From Oculina patagonica (lineage: Eukaryota): a stretch of 64,000 nucleotides of DNA. The stretch lies in the NCBI RefSeq assembly GCF_052425735.1, contig NC_135761.1:9734001-9798000 (forward strand), written 5' to 3'. Shown here piece after piece: positions 1 to 12,705 of the stretch. The first letter of the stretch is position 1; every line of letters starts with the position of its first letter. A model generated the notes under the pieces. The model was not told the origin of the DNA. It did not search any database and worked only from the letters and a program-made list of their open reading frames with translations. The translations under genes were made by a program, and so were the position numbers.

Positions 1-540
1 TGAGGCAAAGAGCACTGCAAGATAGGGTTAGGTGTTGCTCACTAGTTTTAAAGGATCTATGTTCCACTTTGGAACAAAGACGTTTAAATAAGTAAGTAAA
101 TGTGATGAAATGATTACACCCAAAGAAAAAATGACATATTGACGTCATTATGACGTTCCATTGTGTCAAAATCACTCAAGAGTCTATAGTTCACTCAACA
201 GAAGTCAATTCCAGCTTTATTCTTATAACCATAAGCGTCCAAGTGACAAAACGTTCTAAATGTCATGTTCCACGAGACAAAAATTCATTCTTACGTTTCA
301 TGTTGTGGAGCCTTTCTCACGAAAGCGAAATATGCCGTATTATGCCGTATTAGCTTCGAGGCGTTATCCGCGCAGACTGTCATACTGAACGATGATGTTT
401 TAAAATTTTATTGAATTTTTAAATTGTTGTTATAAAAGTGAATTTTGTTATCTTCTTAATATATTTTTAATTTGTACACGGCCCCACAAGCTTTTAGCTT
501 TAAAATTTTTTATTGGTTATTATAATTACGAAATACTTAC

Positions 541-660
541 CGAAATCTTTGCCTTGAGAGCAAAATAGTGATTTCCAGTGTGACCAAAATAAAGCCCATA
601 GCGCGGAGTCCCATGCTGCTGAGGAGGGGCGATAACTTTAACATATGAATCGGGCGTATC
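541..660 (-). CDS. OTU-module exon 3, copy A (His box); gene continues off the left edge
   Basis: ttgacag| acceptor and |GTAAGT donor; 120 nt, phase 0/0. Translates DTPDSYVKVIAPPQQHGTPRYGLYFGHTGNHYFALKAKIS. Paralogous to 11376-11495 and 61253-61372. Confidence 0.85.
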
Positions 661-1106
661 CTGTCAACAAAGAATTCGATAAAGTGGATTATAAAATAGC
701 TGAGATTCTTGGGTGAAAATCTCTTATGAAAATAAACGTGGTCACGCCATAAAAGAGAGATGTTGAAGATCCACAAAATTACTCAAGTGGATCAGCCACA
801 CAGCAATATCATTGTTTGTTTATGAAGTTACGATTGAAGAGACTTGGACTAACGTAACAATGTAAGCTATTGGGGAAAGGTATTGGGGAAAGATTCCTTA
901 AATATTTGAGTGGTTTGTAGGGGTTTTATCTCTGTAATCACTTATGTGCCAGGGAGTCGATAAATGAGTTAATGGTATGGTTACTGGTCGCGAGGTAGTT
1001 AAAGTGAGTAGTGACAGTGGTAGTTAGTAGTTGGAAGTAGCAAGTGGCAGTGTCAGTGGTAGTAGGTAGTAATAGTGGGTAGTGTTAGGAGCAGTAGTAG
1101 CAGGTG

Positions 1107-1142
<36 letters not shown>

Positions 1143-1671
1143 TTTATTATTGTATCAAATTTATTAACTGTACCTGAGGGGAAAAGTTCCCTCGCTAGAC
1201 ACCTAGCTTTAAATATAGCTATCAATCAAAAAGAACCCAATTAAAATAACAACAAAAGCAACAACCATTTCATTTTGCCAGAAATAAGTAGAAAAAATTA
1301 CAGCATAAAATAAGTTAACTAAAATAGGCAAAAAAACTACCAGTTACAAAAATTAAATTGCTTTGTCTAGGTGGTACATGATTACAGAAAGAAGACGAAG
1401 GTCAAATAAGACAAGTAATAAGCAATTAAGTACACTGTTACTAAGTATGTATAAATAGTTATTTCGATAAACAGCAGGAAAACATGTGAAAAAAAAGAAA
1501 AAGAAACAGTACCAGTTAGTGTTGTAACCAAAAATTGTTTATATAAGTTTACTACAAGCGGAAAGATAATTAACACACTTAGCCAGCAGTAGCTATAAGT
1601 ACTTCGATAATGCTTTTTCATGTACTATAAATAAGTAGTGGTAAGGGTAGTGGGTTATGAAAACGGCTTAC

Positions 1672-1848
1672 CCCAGAAGTTGTAATAATTGTTATTTTGC
1701 ATTGCAAGCATTCAGACATTGCTCTGATGACCATCTCGTTCGCCCAGCTGTTCCGTAACAAAGTAAGCGCTGCACTCCAGTCGGAGGGAACATCTTGGTT
1801 TTGAATATCGTCACTACATACAAAGTCGAGTCTGTTCTGTCCTAGCGA
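1672..1848 (-). CDS. OTU-module exon 2, copy A
   Basis: tttttag| ... |GTAAG; 177 nt, phase 0/0. SLGQNRLDFVCSDDIQNQDVPSDWSAALTLLRNSWANEMVIRAMSECLQCKITIITTSG contains the OTU W-[AG]-x-E...I-x-A motif. Confidence 0.85.
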
Positions 1849-2071
1849 CTAAAAAAAGTATGTTTTCGTGAAGTCTTGAAAATCTGAGTCATGAATGGTT
1901 TCAGCTTTATTTTCCTACGCAGCTACTGTATAATGTAACTCATACAATTTTATACTAAACGAATAAACTATAAAAAACAATTGTTCTTTAGACTTAAATT
2001 GACATTTTAAAATGACTAAAAATTTAGAACATTCCGGTTAGTATGAGATAAAATTGGATATGAGATGGTAG

Positions 2072-2104
<33 letters not shown>

Positions 2105-2114
2105 ATAACGATCA

Positions 2115-2145
<31 letters not shown>

Positions 2146-2360
2146 ATTTATTAAAAACGCAGGAAGAATTTCAATATTTGAACTTCCCAGCTATTTTCGT
2201 TGACGCGTATCGGCTTCCAAATTGTAGATAAATAATTATTTGATAAGAGATATTTCCTCTGCCACATACACTTCTCTCAAGCTTGTTCACGCAAGCTTGT
2301 TCATCTCTCAAGCTTGTTCACGCAATGTGACCAGTGAGGTGTCATTAAATGATAACTTAC

Positions 2361-2525
2361 ATCATATTGATTCTGGGCCAGATAGTCAAAAATTGAATTC
2401 TTTAGATCACTTCCATTTCTTCCCAGCTGAAAGGCTGCTGCCTTGTAGAAGCAGTCACCGTCACCTTCTGGTTCATAACATTTTTCAAATCCCTGTAACT
2501 CAATTCTTTGCGAAAGCAGGTCCAT
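2361..2525 (-). CDS. OTU-module exon 1, copy A (catalytic Cys box)
   Basis: MDLLSQRIELQGFEKCYEPEGDGDCFYKAAAFQL...NQYD then GTAAGT donor. GDGxC[FL] is the OTU Cys loop. Confidence 0.85.
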
Positions 2526-5500
2526 CTCGTAGCACTGGCTCTACAGATGACTGTGCCCAAATGTTACTGTCCAAAGAACATATCCTAACAGGAGCACACA
2601 ACAAGGAACTGTAGGCAAATGCCATGAAATGACATTTAGATATTTGCGTTAATTAACCGTTTAATCTGTGCGGATATTTTAGTTAGATATTTTAATTATA
2701 TGTTATATTACCCGAATTTGCGAGCTGTTTATTCCCTTGCAAAAATCGTAGCCGGCGTTAACTTGTACCCAAGACGACATTTTTGCCTCTCCGAAAACAA
2801 CATGCATTATATTTCGAATGGCAATTGACTGAAGAGAAATATACGGGATTGCTGGCCTTTCGAACAGATATATTTACCAGACCGATCAAATTAGACAATC
2901 CCAAATGCCTATACGCCAATCATAACAAGCAGAATGGCTTCACTATTGCCGCAGCGAGATTAAAGGTCATCGTAGAAATAGGACTTAGAAAAGGGAAAAG
3001 TACTTAAACCCGAAACAACGATATGATCAGCCACCGAAACGAAACATAAGCGAAAGGAAACAAAATCAACGTAAAAAGCGAAACCTATCACCATTATCCA
3101 GAGCTAACCGTAAACAGGCTAAGCTAACATGAAGCAAACGTTAGTCGGACTAACCAAAGAGATATTCAGACTGCAGACCTACAGACTGACATACAGTTAG
3201 CCTGCAGTTATGGTTAGCATGCGTTCCGCTCATTTCGGTGATTTCGTTTTGGTATTCTTCGTTTCGTTGTTTCGGATTTTAGTACATGCCATTAAATGGT
3301 CTATGAAAAGGCGAGAAGTTTGAGATAAAAGATAAGTGTTCAGAAACACGCTGTCGACTTGTGGGCAATGTCTCCCGGCCCAGCCTGAAATTTCCATTAC
3401 AACTGACCAAATAGATAAACCGATCGATGACTGACCGATTTAGAGACTTGCAAGATATTGCTCTGTATATTAATGATGAAAACAATGTAACTAAATATGA
3501 AATTGCACTCAAACCTGCTTCGGTGAGCTTTGCGATGTCTCTTCTCGATGAATTCTGATGCCCAGCTTTGGCTCAACTACTCATTGTAGTTATTTTAGTG
3601 CCGATAGGCTAGAAGCACTTGCCTAGGGCATTTTCCCTTGCCCCTGCTAGGAAAAAAAAACAGACGTTATTTCACTTGCTTGGGGCTTTTTCCCTTGCCC
3701 CCATCGTGACACGACATAACCGCATTTCTTTGTGTTCGTTTTGATTTGTGATGACTTATTTACATTGTAATACAATAGTGAACATATTTTAAGCCTAAAA
3801 GACAGTCGGCTTGAAGTTTTCTTAGAAAACCGGATGAGTTCACAAATATATATATTTATAACCCACTGATGAACTTCCCCGGCTCTCATTGGATCGGGAC
3901 AAAACAATGTCGCGTGGTATTAAATCAGACAACGGGTATTATAACTGAAGGTTTTTTCCCTCGAGCTGTTTAACAACGCTTTAATTGTTATTTGTTCCAC
4001 CAGGGGTCAGTACAGTTGCCGTTCTGACCGCCGTACCGATTTTGAAATGTAATCTTCTGGGAAACTATACTTTGGCTAGAATTCAAACAACTGAATAGTT
4101 TCACGGAAAACAATATCCTATTCTAGCCAAAAACTTTCTGATTACTATACCCTATCTCAGACTAAAGTGCTTGAAAATCATACTCTTCACAGGGGCACAT
4201 ACGTACATAGCTCATATATGGCAGTACCACTCCCACCCCACCACCCCCACCCCAACTGGGTTTTTCCCTTTTTACCATGATATCGCGCCTTGCAGAAATT
4301 GATTGGAGGGAAATAAATTGATAAAATAAAAAAAGCCTCATTCTACCTTGCTGGAGTATTGGAACACGATATGCTCCTTGCTGAAAGATTGTACTCAAAA
4401 CTTTATAATTACGGTTGCCCTCGAAGAGAAGAGAAAGCCAACTGTTCATTTTTCGGACAATCTTATTTAGTTTCGGCATTACTCTCCAATATGATTCTCC
4501 GCTTTCTAACAGTTAGCAATCATGCCGACTGAACTATTTATTGCAGGTTAATTGGCTAAAACTTTCACTACAAATGTTGTGGATAACTTTGAATTTAATT
4601 CTACGAAATGTCAAAAGATCGGCAAAACTGATCAAAGATCAGAGATAATTTAACTTAATTCCTTGGAAAGGTCCACAGCTGAATTAGGTTAATTTAAAGG
4701 TGGTATACTAAAGGTTTGAGGGGGTAAATGAGCAAACTTTTGATTTTTTTGTAAAATGTTAAGAAATGTTTTATCTTTCTCTAATTTTTCTAAAATTCTC
4801 TAAAATGCTAATACAAAATCAATAAACACCACCGGGTGTTATTAAATAGGGGACTGGGCACTAGTAGTTTAAATGGCGTTTTTCTCAAATTTACACGTAT
4901 GACCCCACCTCAAAATTTCAGAAATTAGCTCTGATTAAACATTCATGCAAAATTAAAAACAAATCTGTAAGACAGGATTTGAGCTATTTTCACAATTTCC
5001 TATTTTGCGAAAATAATAATAGAAAGATAAAACATTTCTGAACATTTCAAAAAAGAGTTAAAAGTTGGGCTCATTTAGGCCCCAAAAACTGTAGTAAGCC
5101 ACCTCAAAAACCGCTGATATTCTGACTACCCCTTTTCTGATTAAACAAAGAATAATAAGTCCAGTCTCGTTTCTGCTGAAATAAAACAGAAATTGAGATG
5201 AGAACCTAGTGATGAGGGAGTTAAACTGATAGCCAAGAATTGGTCAAAGTTTTAACTGTCAGCTGAAGCTAGCTGAGAAATGACCCATTTTGTAACTGTT
5301 GGCTGAGATATGACACCTGAAAAATTGACTGATAGCTGAGAAATCGCTAAAAATTTAACTCGTCAGTGAAAATTAAACACCCCCATGCAGACCCTCTTTG
5401 AATTTTTCAAGTCTTGTGATGGCCAAAAACATCTACAGGTAAGTAAAGCTAGCTATTCATTGGTCAAAGGTAAATAATCAGTCCAACAAAGTATTATTGT

Positions 5501-6858
5501 ACTTCTTATCGCAACGTCCTTGGCTGCAGATTCACACGGAGTTTTTGTATTTCTCCATAAATTGTTTACTAGTCCTGCGAGATGTCCACCACTTATACTT
5601 ACCTCGCTGCCGACAATTGAAAACAAGTGTTATGCGAGTTGGTCGGTGAATCCGGTCGATTTCCGCTCCTCTCTCGAGTCCAGTCTTTGTTCCTCTTTTC
5701 GGGGAGGGCTTATTTCCCGAGCAGCAGCTGGTAAATGTACCTAACCACAATTTAGCTTATTTGACTGTTAAAGGGAGCCTTGTCTTTGAGTAAGCCAGAG
5801 AAAAGGAGAGCAAACCGAAAAGAGTTAGCAAAAAAATTGATTGGGAAGAAAAGGTCGAAAGAGAGGTTTCGGGGAAAAGTGTATTCATATTGTATTTCCA
5901 AAGCAAAGAAAAGAGCAAGAAACAAGGGTATTGTTTTGATGACAGAATCCACATTTTAGTGCACAATCGTGGCTTCCAGAAAAGGATCTGGGATCTGGGA
6001 CGGGCGAATAGATACGAATAGGACTGGGGAGAGACGCCGCTCGCAAGGTCCGAGGACGAGCTTACTTGTGCTCAATATTAGCAAAACGATGAAAAGAATT
6101 TCGTTCGCTCCTACTTTTCTGTTTTTTGTATGTCAGTAACATGATCGTTCTTGATTCTATATGAAAGAAGCACAATGCTTACCCTACTACCAACAAACCG
6201 AGTGATAATCAATTTGAGCTTCGATCGGTTGGACGGAGAAAGTAACTTTTGACGGTCAAAATTGATCAGCATTGGCAATTGTCTTCCGTTAATGAAAAAG
6301 GACTTCCGTTAATAAAAAAAAGGAACAAAATAAATTTTAAAAAGGTCCTACAACGGTTTAAAACCTCTTAGCATGCGTTCTGTTCAAATCTTTATTTCAC
6401 ACAGTAAACAACTGTAAGTTTACAAAAAACCAATTTACTCACACTTTGCCATCAATACAAGAATTGAAAACATACAAAAAAGTTATTTACATATTTATTT
6501 AAGATATAAACACATGGAGTTAACAACACATGTAGTTGAAATAGATAAAAGCGTAAAATTTTACAAGTTACATCGAAGCCCGTTCTTTCTGTGATATGTC
6601 ATAAGTACTATTTCTTCATTTCACTTAATTACTATTACTTACAGCCAAAAGGGTACTTTACGCTGCTGACTACTTTACAACGTCTTTACACGGAAAACGC
6701 ACCAAGTTTGCATACCCAACACAAGCTTATTTTATCAAAGCTAATTTTTTGCATGTTTCGATTCTAGAGAAATTAAAACCAACAGCTTTTTTTCTCAATT
6801 TTTCCTATAAATACAAAAATTCGGCTGCTACATTTGCAGTTCGAGCGAAAAAAAATAC

Positions 6859-6859
<1 letters not shown>

Positions 6860-6933
<74 letters not shown>

Positions 6934-6972
6934 GATTTATATAGCGCCATATCCATGGCTCATGGCGCTTTA
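6860..6972 (-). repeat. (AAT)n microsatellite with adjoining retroposon-tail-like stub
   Basis: About 23 AAT units followed by agatttatatagcgcc...ggcgcttta, which resembles an L2/SINE 3' end. Another (TAA)n tract lies at ~1109-1140. Confidence 0.7.
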
Positions 6973-7203
6973 CTTTTCGCCGTTTGCCAAAACTTAGCCG
7001 TTCTCATTTCATACTGAAGAGTTCAGCTAGATTTATAGTTTAAACGGAAATTCCAGACGCGAAACAAGGGTATATTGAAACTGAACGGATTTCGTCATGT
7101 AGTGAGTATCCCAAAAAGAATACAATGTTCTCAACAACCAAATTGAATGCATATGCATAAATCAAGCGTTACAGCTACACATCAGCTACAGGGCTTTAAA
7201 TTT

Positions 7204-9510
7204 CTAGCTTTCAAAAGTTAGCAATTTATTGATCATCTCTATCAAACTGCTGAAAAAATCATCACTTAAAAATTTTTCCGCTAGGAAATTAGTTGTTTTC
7301 ACGGCCTTAACAGTTTCGTGAGCAATGCGCTGCTGAATTTCCTTTACTTGTTTCATGACAGTCGTTTCAGGGACGATTTGACATGAATCCCTTCCCATGA
7401 TCATTTCATCAAAAAACATGAGTGATAGTTTGATGAATTCTTCATCAAGGTGCAGTGCGTGGGGATAGCTTTTGATATCCTCTCTAACCAAACGAGTAAA
7501 TCTTTCCCTATCCTCAATATGCGCGCTTTGCTTTCCGTTTTTGGCAAACCATTGCTTGCAATAACTTCTTGCCAAAAGGGACTCATGAACGCGCAAAAGG
7601 AGAGGCGAGATTTCGCAAACACTAAGTTTTACGATATTTCCCAGCTGGCGCCAGTAATCTCTAATTGAATCTAACACCTTTTTTACGTTATGGTTTTCGA
7701 CAACAGAAACGAGTGCGTTGAGGACCCTGAACAGTCTGATTTCGTCTGTAACTTGCAATATCAAAGGCAAAATCTTCGTAAAAAAGTTCACAAGTTTGCT
7801 GGCACAGGGAGAATCGTACACCTCTCTTAAGACAATTAACATTTCTTGCATTGCATACCACCAGTGAACATTGAATAGGAAATCTTGTTCTGTGAACTGT
7901 GAAACATCAAAAACACTTTCTATTTTTGTCACCTCGATAACAAAGGCATCTTTGTATTTTGACCACAATGAACTGGAAAATGCTGGATCTGAAATATTCG
8001 AATTCAGAGAGGTCTGCGAAAATGCACTTTCCGAGAAAAACTGATCCAAAATGTCAAGAATACAAAGCATGCAATCGACGATTAGCTTCATTTGTTGACC
8101 TTTCATTGCATTTCTGTTCTTGTTTCTGTGTTCGCCTGCAATAACCTCTTTATAATGCTGACAGAGAGAATCTATCAACTCATTTGTTACCTCTTCTGTA
8201 ATCAGTTTGGTCTGGAATTTTGAGTCAAAAAAGCCGTTAGCAAATTCTCTTGACTGAAACATCATTGGCTGAAGTCTTGTCAAAAAACTAACTGCTTTTT
8301 CAAAAAGGTTTTCTCTCACTTCAAGAACTATTTTAGCCGCTTCATCTAGTTTTACTGTGTCGGCAGACATAAAAAGGTCACTATCTGGCATGATGTAATG
8401 GGGCAGGTGACGTTTCTTCAAACAGTCTACAAAGCGATCCAGCAATGACAGTAGACACTCGCAGGAGTTGTCCTCCCTCCAGAAATCATTCTCTCTGTTT
8501 TCGCATTCCCAGAAAAAAATATTTTTTAGATGGTACGTGGAGATCACATCATGATCATTCAGGTAGGCTTTCTTTATTATCTTTAGCAGAACGAAGATGT
8601 GTCGCTGCACTGGAGACAGGCTTTGACCAAGTTTATTTTCGGCCAACGAAAAGGATATTCGCCACTCATGTTCGTCCATAATTGGTCCTTCTACCTCTGG
8701 GCTTTGTGCACAGGTTGCTAACTCTGGATTTGCGAGGTTTTCACGTTTTCCTCTGCCGACAGGAGCCAAATGACACCCAGATTGAAGGATGTCCGAAACA
8801 AGTGCAGACGAAGGCCAATCACTTTTGAGGAGACGTCTCGGCCATTCCTTTGCAGACTCAGGCCATCCATTTGGGTATTTGAAGACAACTGTTTTATCTA
8901 ATGACACAAAAGCTTCATACAAAAAATATAATTTACGTGCGGGACCATGCAATCTGTCGAAGAGCAAATCCATAATCATTTTAACTTTCCCCGTCTTCAG
9001 TCCCGCTAGCGCTGGGTCAATAAAATTTTCAAAAATTCCAGTTGTCAAAAGAAATGAATGAGGAACAAAATCAGAGTTTTCAGAAGGTTTATGAAGTTTT
9101 TTCCACTGCTCGGTATAACGTAACAAGACATATCTGGGGTCATTTCCACTTTGGACAATATCGAAAATTGGTATTTTTTCGTTGCCGTTCATTTCAAAGG
9201 GTTCTTTGACTGACATTATGTCAAGATCAGCGGCTAACATTGGAAAAGATTCGTCAGAATCCGAAGAATCCAAAGAATCCGAAAAATTGTTTCCACTTTT
9301 ATGTAGAATACTGCGAGGAATGCAAAGCCCCTCAGCACAACTTCCAACTGGCAAAAGATGGTAGTATGAATCCAACTGCTTTGCTTCATTTATTTCTTGA
9401 AACCAGAACATTTCACCAATTAGATATTCCACTGGCAGAATAAAGTTGAGTGATGTAGAGAATAGCTGTGGCCAAACTTTAGATTTCTCGTCAAAGCCTG
9501 GTAGAGATGG
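7204..9510 (-). CDS. cGLR (Mab-21/cGAS-like nucleotidyltransferase) terminal exon of the OTU-cGLR fusion gene B
   Basis: 768-codon frame opening at polypyrimidine ccatag| (phase 0: PSLPGFDEKSKVW...). Motifs GSCAEG, ADLDIM, SLDKT, WP..A.EW, GCHLAPVG, EWRISFSLAE, ISTYHLKNIFFW and LPHYIMP, then a long helical C-terminal region. Confidence 0.93.
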   Translation of the reverse strand, partial: PSLPGFDEKSKVWPQLFSTSLNFILPVEYLIGEMFWFQEINEAKQLDSYYHLLPVGSCAEGLCIPRSILHKSGNNFSDSLDSSDSDESFPMLAADLDIMSVKEPFEMNGNEKIPIFDIVQSGNDPRYVLLRYTEQWKKLHKPSENSDFVPHSFLLTTGIFENFIDPALAGLKTGKVKMIMDLLFDRLHGPARKLYFLYEAFVSLDKTVVFKYPNGWPESAKEWPRRLLKSDWPSSALVSDILQSGCHLAPVGRGKRENLANPELATCAQSPEVEGPIMDEHEWRISFSLAENKLGQSLSPVQRHIFVLLKIIKKAYLNDHDVISTYHLKNIFFWECENRENDFWREDNSCECLLSLLDRFVDCLKKRHLPHYIMPDSDLFMSADTVKLDEAAKIVLEVRENLFEKAVSFLTRLQPMMFQSREFANGFFDSKFQTKLITEEVTNELIDSLCQHYKEVIAGEHRNKNRNAMKGQQMKLIVDCMLCILDILDQFFSESAFSQTSLNSNISDPAFSSSLWSKYKDAFVIEVTKIESVFDVSQFTEQDFLFNVHWWYAMQEMLIVLREVYDSPCASKLVNFFTKILPLILQVTDEIRLFRVLNALVSVVENHNVKKVLDSIRDYWRQLGNIVKLSVCEISPLLLRVHESLLARSYCKQWFAKNGKQSAHIEDRERFTRLVREDIKSYPHALHLDEEFIKLSLMFFDEMIMGRDSCQIVPETTVMKQVKEIQQRIAHETVKAVKTTNFLAEKFLSDDFFSSLIEMINKLLTFES

Positions 9511-9902
9511 CTATGGCAGAATATAAATAAAACAGGAAATGTAAAAACAAAGTGAACCCTACAATTTACGGTAGATCATCTTAAAAGTATTCAAATATAT
9601 TAAGCTTAAAAACGGTTGCAGCTTTCATGTAACCTGACTGCACAAAGTGTGAGGAGTGCAAAGTTAAATACGCAGGGGCTGATCCAGGTTTTATGAACTT
9701 AAAAGCGACGGCAGTTGCTGTGATTAATAATAATTTAATAAGTTAATATTTGTAACACGCGGTTTCCATCGCGGGTATGACCGTACATACTTGATATTTT
9801 AATTGGTTTACAAATTTCGATTGAGATTTCTGATGTATGAAAACCTTTGATGGGCATGCGAGTATGAGGTTTCCAATAATTGATTTCCTGAAATAATTAA
9901 AG

Positions 9903-10850
9903 ATTATTTAACAAATAAAGAAGCCTAAGCCATGTTTTATACTGTCATAAAACACGACGGGCATTTGAGAACACGAGGGAAATGTAGAAAACATGAGCCG
10001 CAGGCGAATGTTTTCTACATTTCTCGAGTGTTCTCAAATGCCCGGAGTGTTTTATGACAGAATAAAACATGGCTTAGGCTTCTTTATTTGCTTTATGATA
10101 TAGATTTTAGACACCGCGAGTGAAACGTTTAATTAAAAATATGCACAACAAGAGCGAGTAAACAAAGATGAAAAGCAGAAAATAGTTTACGGGAAGACCA
10201 GAAAACTGACACAATTTCATTTAGTGTTCGACATAAAATAAGGCTAAACATTCAGGTAAATTTGTTTACCTTTCAATCTTGGTCTTGTCTTTATGAACTT
10301 CAATAAACTTCACCGACTCTGAATGCAATTTCGTCTCAGCATAATATAATAGTCTCGATGGCAGCCGTCCCTTGCTTCGTTCGGCTTGAACAAGCCGTAT
10401 AATTTCCAAAAAAGCTATTGCTTCGGATCTTCCCGTAAACCATAATTGTTGTCACAATCAAGTTCCAGCATGAATAGACGATTTAAGTAGAGATTGTTGA
10501 AGCAAATCTTCGAAAGAAAACTCTCTCGCTCGCTTTCCTTGCGAGTTTCATTCAACTCAAGAAGTGAACACCGCGGCACAAATTTTCCCGCCTCATAATT
10601 TCACTTCGTTTACATCAAAATGAAATGTCCAGTGGATTTATACTTAAAAAGGAATTCGATAAAACAATTATTCCATTCTACCTTGTTGGATACGAGTGGT
10701 TATAGCCAACGAACAGTCAACGACGCGCGAAGCACTCGAGGAAAGCTGACGAAAAACAATAAAACATGATTTTTCTATGTTTTATACTCTGATAAAACAT
10801 AGGTTTTTAGCCAATCAGAGCGCGCGTAGACTCCTATCTATATTATAAAA
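9903..10850. mobile_element. Probable non-autonomous repeat with a ~180-bp palindromic end
   Basis: 9911-10090 is a near-perfect hairpin (aaataaagaagcctaagccatgttttat ... ataaaacatggcttaggcttctttattt). The right boundary is approximate. Confidence 0.55.
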
Positions 10851-11375
10851 TGATTTTCTAATTATTTGATAAAAATGTGAAAATGAAAGGACTGCGTTAA
10901 TTTTAAGGAAGAGATGTCTTATTTTGGAAGTGGCCGTCAATTTGTAGTTATGTCCTCACAATCCGTTAAAGTATAACTGAACAATTAAGAACACTCATTT
11001 TTTTTTTCTCGACAGTGACATGACCACCTATGCATGGCCAACGTATGTACCTCGGCCTGAGAAGCTCCTTTCTTTACGAGACTTTTGTCCAGTAAAAATT
11101 CAGTTCATTTGTCTCAGTTGATTTCAGTTCTTATAAATATTTCAATTACTTTTGTGCAGGTTGCTATTAATACATCAGGGTGCCTTCCAGTGAAATGGTC
11201 TTACGCGCGATTTCTTTCACTTTTAAAAAGAAGCCACATAAACTGTATAAGGTGAATCTTTTATGATAATCATAGAGATTAAGAGCCGTGTTAATCCGTG
11301 ACTTCAAAATTAATTGATTAATTTGTTATTTCAAGTAAGATCCTGTAATACACACAATTGGATATAAATACCTAC

Positions 11376-11495
11376 CGAATATTTTTCCCTGAGAGCAAAG
11401 TAGTGATTTCCAGTGTGACCGAAATAGAGCTCATGGTGTGGTGTCCCATCTTGTTCAGGAGGGTCAATAACCTTAATATATGAATCTGGTGTTTC
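11376..11495 (-). CDS. OTU-module exon 3, gene B
   Basis: ttacag| ETPDSYIKVIDPPEQDGTPHHELYFGHTGNHYFALREKYS |GTAGG; 120 nt, phase 0/0. Confidence 0.87.
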
Positions 11496-11610
11496 CTGTA
11501 AACAAAAGTTTCTAATTTAAGAATAAAAGAATCGCTGACATTTTCGCGCAAAACTCCTAACAAAAAGCTAGTCATGCGAACGAGGCTCCCGTTCTTTATG
11601 ATATTATGTA

Positions 11611-12088
11611 CCTTATTCTCACTAAATTTCGCGAGTACTTAATTTCGCGAAAAATCAAGAGCCATATTTCGCGAGTACTTAATTTCGCGATTTTGAGAGA
11701 AAGGTACAGTTGGAGTGTATTAAATTTCGCGATTTTTATCTATTCTTTAATATGAAGCTTTGACCTCGAAACTGTAACACAATAATTTATATGAGATTTT
11801 GAGGAACTTGGCGGCAGAGATCAGTTCGAACAGTGCGACTGAAATACTGGGAGATGACTAATGGACAAAATTAAACATAAAACTCTTAAACATGAAGCTC
11901 ACACATGTTAGAATAACTATGATAAAACACATCGAGTTTCATTATTTTTTTATATTATCAGTACGATATTAAATTTCGCGATTTTAAACTTCGCGTGTCC
12001 TATATTTCGCGAGTATTAAATTTCGCGATTTTTTCAAAATCGCGAAAATCGCGAAATTTAGTACTCGCGAAATTAAGTGAGAATAAGG
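11611..12088. mobile_element. MITE with TA target duplication (Tc1/mariner-type)
   Basis: TA|ccttattctcact ... agtgagaataagg|TA, with repeated aaatttcgcga sub-terminal motifs. Confidence 0.8.
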
Positions 12089-12136
12089 TAGATCATGCCA
12101 GGCTTACTCAAATGGATCGTTCGCACTTGGCAATAC

Positions 12137-12480
12137 CGTATTTACTCGAATAAGCGCCGCCCCCGAATAAGCGCCGCCCTCGAATAAGCGCCGCATTTGG
12201 AACTAAAAAGTTAATAAGCGCCGCCCCGAATAAGCGCCGCAGTCCCGATGCGGCGCTTATTCGAGGAATTCTGTTATACTAAAAACAGCACTTCAAAGCA
12301 TCTCTAAAAGTGATTGTGATTGTTTCACTGCTCGCCCATAAAATTTCTATCCAACATTCTTACAATACGTAGTTCTGTAAATGTTGTGAAGGCCGCGAAC
12401 TTTGCCAGGACAGCTAGCAAAACTTCTCTCTTCAGCAAGAGACGAATTGTGACAATCAAAAGACGCTATTTTCAATAACT
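12137..12480. mobile_element. Truncated copy of the ccgtatttactcgaataagcgcc MITE
   Basis: Same family as the complete copy at 28400-28912; the right end is missing. Confidence 0.7.
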
Positions 12481-12528
12481 TTAAAAGATTAGATTGTATT
12501 GAAGTTTAGAAAAGAGTAAATTGCTTAC

Positions 12529-12705
12529 CCCGGAAGTTGTAATAATTGTTATTTTACAATGCAAGCATTCAGACAATGCTCTGATGACCAACTCGTTTGC
12601 CCAGTTGTTGCGTAACAAAGTAAGAGCTTCAGTCCAGTCAGAAGGCACATCTTGATTTTGAATATCACCATTATATATAAAATCGAGTCTGTTCTGTCCT
12701 CTTGA
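12529..12705 (-). CDS. OTU-module exon 2, gene B
   Basis: ttcttag| SRGQNRLDFIYNGDIQNQDVPSDWTEALTLLRNNWANELVIRALSECLHCKITIITTSG |GTAAG; 177 nt, phase 0/0. Confidence 0.87.

Noticed and set aside
537-776. ORFs 537-776, 11372-11575, 58273-58632 and 61155-61376 as proteins
   Set aside because: They are wrong-frame read-throughs of OTU exons 2 and 3; the conserved frame carries the OTU motifs.
5520-5966. Cluster of short ORFs between genes A and B
   Set aside because: No motif, no paralog in the window and no convincing exon boundaries.
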